Source: Candidatus Thorarchaeota archaeon
GTDB lineage: Archaea > Asgardarchaeota > Thorarchaeia > Thorarchaeales > Thorarchaeaceae
Direction of reading: 5' to 3'
NCBI GenBank assembly: GCA_048882385.1
Contig: JBHLRQ010000094.1
Span: 1 to 11,474, forward strand
DNA length: 11,474 bases
Positions 9,000 to 11,474 of the stretch are shown here, in pieces. Each line of letters opens with the position of its first letter. The stretch's first letter is position 1. The notes under the pieces were generated by a model. That model saw only the letters and a list, made by a program, of their open reading frames with translations, did not search any database and was not told where the DNA came from. The position numbers were made by a program, and so were the translations under genes.

Positions 9000-9165
9000 T
9001 CCAGCTATTCCTTTTCAATTTTATTTATAAGTATTTCATACTTATTCAGAAGTCTATAATTTATAAAAATAGCCTTATCAGTTTTTATTTTCTTAATTAA
9101 AGGATTTATAATATATTTTCATAATAACTTAATAAGGAAACTTGTATGATAAATCTATGAGTTAA
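9000..9165. promoter_or_regulatory. Very AT-rich divergent promoter region containing the self-target 9126-9140
   Basis: Several TATA-like boxes (TTTATAA 9060, TTTATAAT 9105, TTAATAA 9129) lie between two head-to-head genes. Confidence 0.65.
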
Positions 9166-9168
9166 TTA

Positions 9169-9236
9169 CTCCAATTCTAGACAAAGATTGGAGTGAACTC
9201 AACTGACCTGAAACAGGTCAGAACTTAATAAGGAAA
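9169..9236 (+). ncRNA. Candidate leader/tracr-like RNA with built-in 15-nt guide
   Basis: Hairpins CTCCAAT/ATTGGAG (9169-9193) and CTGACCTG-AAA-CAGGTCAG (9203-9221). Bases 9186-9214 are complementary to downstream repeat 1. Bases 9222-9236 are identical to 9126-9140. Confidence 0.55.
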
Positions 9237-9245
9237 GACAAAGCG

Positions 9246-10922
9246 ATGGCTCGGTCCAAGGGTGTGACAATCTCGGTTAAGGTCCCAATCAACTGGGAAG
9301 CCATGACCGAGAGGACTAAGCAGAGACTTAGGCAGACCATTGGGCGAGACACCAGAGTGATACGTGCATTCCTTGGAATTATTGAACAACATGAAGACAA
9401 GTTGTTGACAGGTCGTAAGAAAAATCGGATTGATGAAGGTGAGCTGGATAAGCTCACTATGACTGCACTCCAAGTCAAGGCGGGCTATAGTCAGAGACTG
9501 ACCGTACCTCATGACTTCAAGGCGAGGTTCCCTCGAATATCTCAGAACGAGATGACCGAGTGCAGACAGACTGCAGTTTCTTTGTATGAGAGTTATCTTA
9601 AGCTCAGAATAAAGAATGGATTGAGAGCTTCTCGCCCTGCATCAATCAATAGAAGTCGACGTATTCCCAGATGGGTCTTTGCTCAACGATTCAGACTTGT
9701 TGAAAAACGTACATCTTCAGCCCGCTGGTGGCTAGACATCAGGGATTCTCTTGACTCCGTACAGGCTGGACGTACATTTCACGATAGATTAGTCATTCCA
9801 TTGAAGGTTTCACCCTTTCACCTGAATCAACTCCACCGTGGAGATGTAAAGGCTGTACAGATCTTCACTGATCGATTCAGAAAGTGGTGGGTGACAATGG
9901 CTGTCAGGGTAGCGGTTGATGACTTCCACAAGAGTGAGCTTCCTGCAGCGATACTTGGAATAGACCTCGGCATTGAAAAGGCCGCATGTTCAACTCTTCT
10001 GACTCCAGAGAAGACGAGGGAAACAAGATACTTCATCCAAAAAGAGAAGGTCAAGGTCATCAAGAAGTACGATGGACTTGTCGCCGACCTGCAGAGGAAA
10101 ATGCACCTCCGCAGAGACAACGGAAAACCTCATGATAAGATGGCAGTAAGGCTCCGACAGATGAAGAGTAAGAGGGAGAATGTAGCCAAGGAGTATGATA
10201 GAGTTCTAGTTCGACAACTCCTTGATTACATCTCCACACTGTCCAAGAAATACACACTCTATGTTGCCATTGGTCGCCTGAAGAATATACGAATGCGTGC
10301 CAGAAGAGGAAACTATCAAGGTTCTAGGTACCGGGCCATGATACATTCATGGGCTTTTGCCCGGATAACCGATAGTCTGAAACATGGACTTGCTCAGCTC
10401 GGTTGGAAGGTTGAGGGAAAGGACTCGAGGTTCCGTGCAGTTCCTGAGGCTTGGACTTCCATCATGTGCTGGAAGTGTGGAAGCAGGGGTAAGAGACCCA
10501 AACAGAACTATTTCCACTGTCCATCCTGTGGTCACAAGACCAACGCTGATAGGAATGGTAGTATCAATATTGCTGCACGCATGCTTAAGCTCACAAAGTC
10601 ACTGCACTCTGTGAGAGGACTAGGTATGTGGACTAGAGCTCTAGATGGAGTTCGACGTGCACGACCAAAAGCTCAAGAGAAACAACTTTCTCAAGGGAAG
10701 TCCTTACTCTCTTTTAAGGATCAAACATCAGATCTTGGAGAGTCCGCGGCTGTTCACCATACTCAGATGAGTCTTCTCAGCTTCAGCGATGAATCTGGGA
10801 AGGGTGATGATGACCCCGCCGTGGTAAGTACTGTGGAAACTCTTGCTGTCGTTGGAAGTGATGATCCGACATCAGTACAGGAGAAAAAAGCCAGGTCTTC
10901 AGGAGGGATTCCATCCCGATGA
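9246..10922 (+). CDS. tnpB: TnpB/Cas12f-like RNA-guided RuvC protein with rearranged catalytic site
   Basis: RuvC-I ILGID240LG; RuvC-II position YVAIG343RL (Gly instead of Glu); alternative Glu in VPE401AWTS; zinc ribbon C408/C411/C425/C428; RuvC-III NAD435RNGSINIA; ~115-aa C-terminal tail. Confidence 0.88.
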   Translation: MARSKGVTISVKVPINWEAMTERTKQRLRQTIGRDTRVIRAFLGIIEQHEDKLLTGRKKNRIDEGELDKLTMTALQVKAGYSQRLTVPHDFKARFPRISQNEMTECRQTAVSLYESYLKLRIKNGLRASRPASINRSRRIPRWVFAQRFRLVEKRTSSARWWLDIRDSLDSVQAGRTFHDRLVIPLKVSPFHLNQLHRGDVKAVQIFTDRFRKWWVTMAVRVAVDDFHKSELPAAILGIDLGIEKAACSTLLTPEKTRETRYFIQKEKVKVIKKYDGLVADLQRKMHLRRDNGKPHDKMAVRLRQMKSKRENVAKEYDRVLVRQLLDYISTLSKKYTLYVAIGRLKNIRMRARRGNYQGSRYRAMIHSWAFARITDSLKHGLAQLGWKVEGKDSRFRAVPEAWTSIMCWKCGSRGKRPKQNYFHCPSCGHKTNADRNGSINIAARMLKLTKSLHSVRGLGMWTRALDGVRRARPKAQEKQLSQGKSLLSFKDQTSDLGESAAVHHTQMSLLSFSDESGKGDDDPAVVSTVETLAVVGSDDPTSVQEKKARSSGGIPSR

Positions 10923-11474
10923 ATGTTGACAACGCTCTTGCTAATTTTGGCAAATTCTTTTGGATTTTGCTAGGAGGTGGTGACACTGGCAAGAGAGGGG
11001 CGGAACACAGAGGTTTCTTTCAGTTGTGGTTCACTCACAATCTCAGAAGCAGGTCATACACTACAGGGGCTCGGGTACTATGATTGAGCATAGAGGTTAT
11101 TTGCAGTTGCGGAACACACACAATATCAAAAGCAGGTCATGATGTTCACTCACTTTGTGGAATAGGTTATGCTAGATCGGACTTCACTTGGTATAGCATA
11201 GTATTAGATGAATGAGTGAATCATTCTGATAGGTCATGGAGTAACATCTAAGGACTTGTTCTAAATCCCACCTAGTGTTACGGAGATATAGCTCACTAAC
11301 CAACAGCCTGAGTAGTTGTGAAAAGATTACAGAGTAGATTTATTACCATCCGAGCCCTATAGAAGAGTGGCTCACAGAGCCAAGCTGCCCCTAGACCTTA
11401 CTCCATTTCTGTGTTTTATCGCAACCCTTTTATGGCTACAGAATTCCCCGTCCTTTGCTCAGACAGAACTGCTT
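10923..11474 (+). ncRNA. Candidate large structured ncRNA/guide region downstream of the tnpB-like gene (may extend past the window end)
   Basis: No substantial ORF. Many stems: 10935-41/10989-95, 11002-14/11405-17, 11067-74/11350-57, 11145-52/11213-20, 11168-74/11194-200, 11236-44/11398-406, 11368-82. AGGT(C/T)AT recurs. Confidence 0.55.
11009..11140 (+). CRISPR. Mini-array-like unit: two imperfect 49-bp direct repeats around a 34-nt spacer that matches the tRNA-Asp gene
   Basis: Repeats 11009-11057 and 11092-11140 match at 40/49 positions and both end in AAGCAGGTCAT. Bases 11057-11071 are the exact reverse complement of 3781-3795. Not a canonical CRISPR array. Confidence 0.55.

Larger units (their letters stand above)
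3906..11474. mobile_element. Putative tRNA-associated RNA-guided element/island (ends not defined)
   Basis: The module starts 17 nt after the tRNA CCA, encodes a TnpB-like protein and a guide to that tRNA, and looks more GC-rich by eye than the left flank. No recognisable transposase or integrase. Confidence 0.35.

Noticed and set aside
10804-10864. Two GTGATGA box C-like motifs (C/D sRNA or TIGR-like array)
   Set aside because: They lie in coding sequence (GDD and SDD codons) without regularly spaced box D partners or 36-nt periodicity.
221-10992. The other short ORFs in the track (62-114 aa)
   Set aside because: All overlap longer, motif-supported genes in another frame or strand and show no recognisable motifs.
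11072-11082. CGGGTACTATG resembling the cassette junction CGGGTCTATG (931-940), suggesting a bipartite bridge-like guide
   Set aside because: Short, needs a gap, and only the 5-nt CGGGT is shared with copy 3 and the tRNA. Insufficient support.
11139-11147. Match of ATGATGTTC to 3724-3732, upstream of the tRNA
   Set aside because: Only 9 nt, an equally good match occurs at 2741-2750, and the flank is not TAMT. Chance level.
11052-11295. Group I intron (IStron) R/S-like motifs GGTCATACACTACAG and GAGATATAGCT
   Set aside because: The two segments cannot form P7. The R-like segment is better explained as handle plus tRNA guide, and IStron cores lie upstream of tnpB.
11430-11474. RNase P RNA-like ACAGAA...GCTT ending
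   Set aside because: No matching GAGGAAAGTCC-type 5' conserved region, and the motif order is wrong.
9000-11474. Ordinary IS200/IS605 or IS607 element, or canonical type V CRISPR-Cas locus
   Set aside because: No tnpA (Y1 or serine recombinase), no cas1/cas2/cas4 gene and no regular multi-repeat array in the window. Such parts could still lie beyond the right edge.

Overview
Archaeal window; an Asgard/Thorarchaeota-like origin is inferred from the BHB-type tRNA intron, TATA-like promoters and 'IDLTPL'-type LRR protein. The left part holds a 5'-truncated ATC-hydrolase-like gene, an acyl-CoA thioesterase, and two minus-strand single-gene cassettes (SAM methyltransferase, LRR protein) bounded by three ~32-bp copies of a tRNA-Asp 3' end. 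An intact tRNA-Asp(GTC) with a D-loop intron follows. Directly after it lies a candidate undescribed RNA-guided system: a 1697-aa PD-(D/E)XK nuclease + P-loop-like protein, divergent from a 558-aa TnpB/Cas12f-like protein with a Fanzor-type rearranged RuvC site, flanked by structured non-coding DNA. Two segments that follow the same CAGGTCAN handle match sites in the window exactly: 14-15 nt at the tRNA-Asp 5' end and 15 nt in the effector's own promoter region. Both targets share a 5'-TA(C/A)T flank, a candidate TAM/PAM. All functions are inferred; no searches or folding programs were run.
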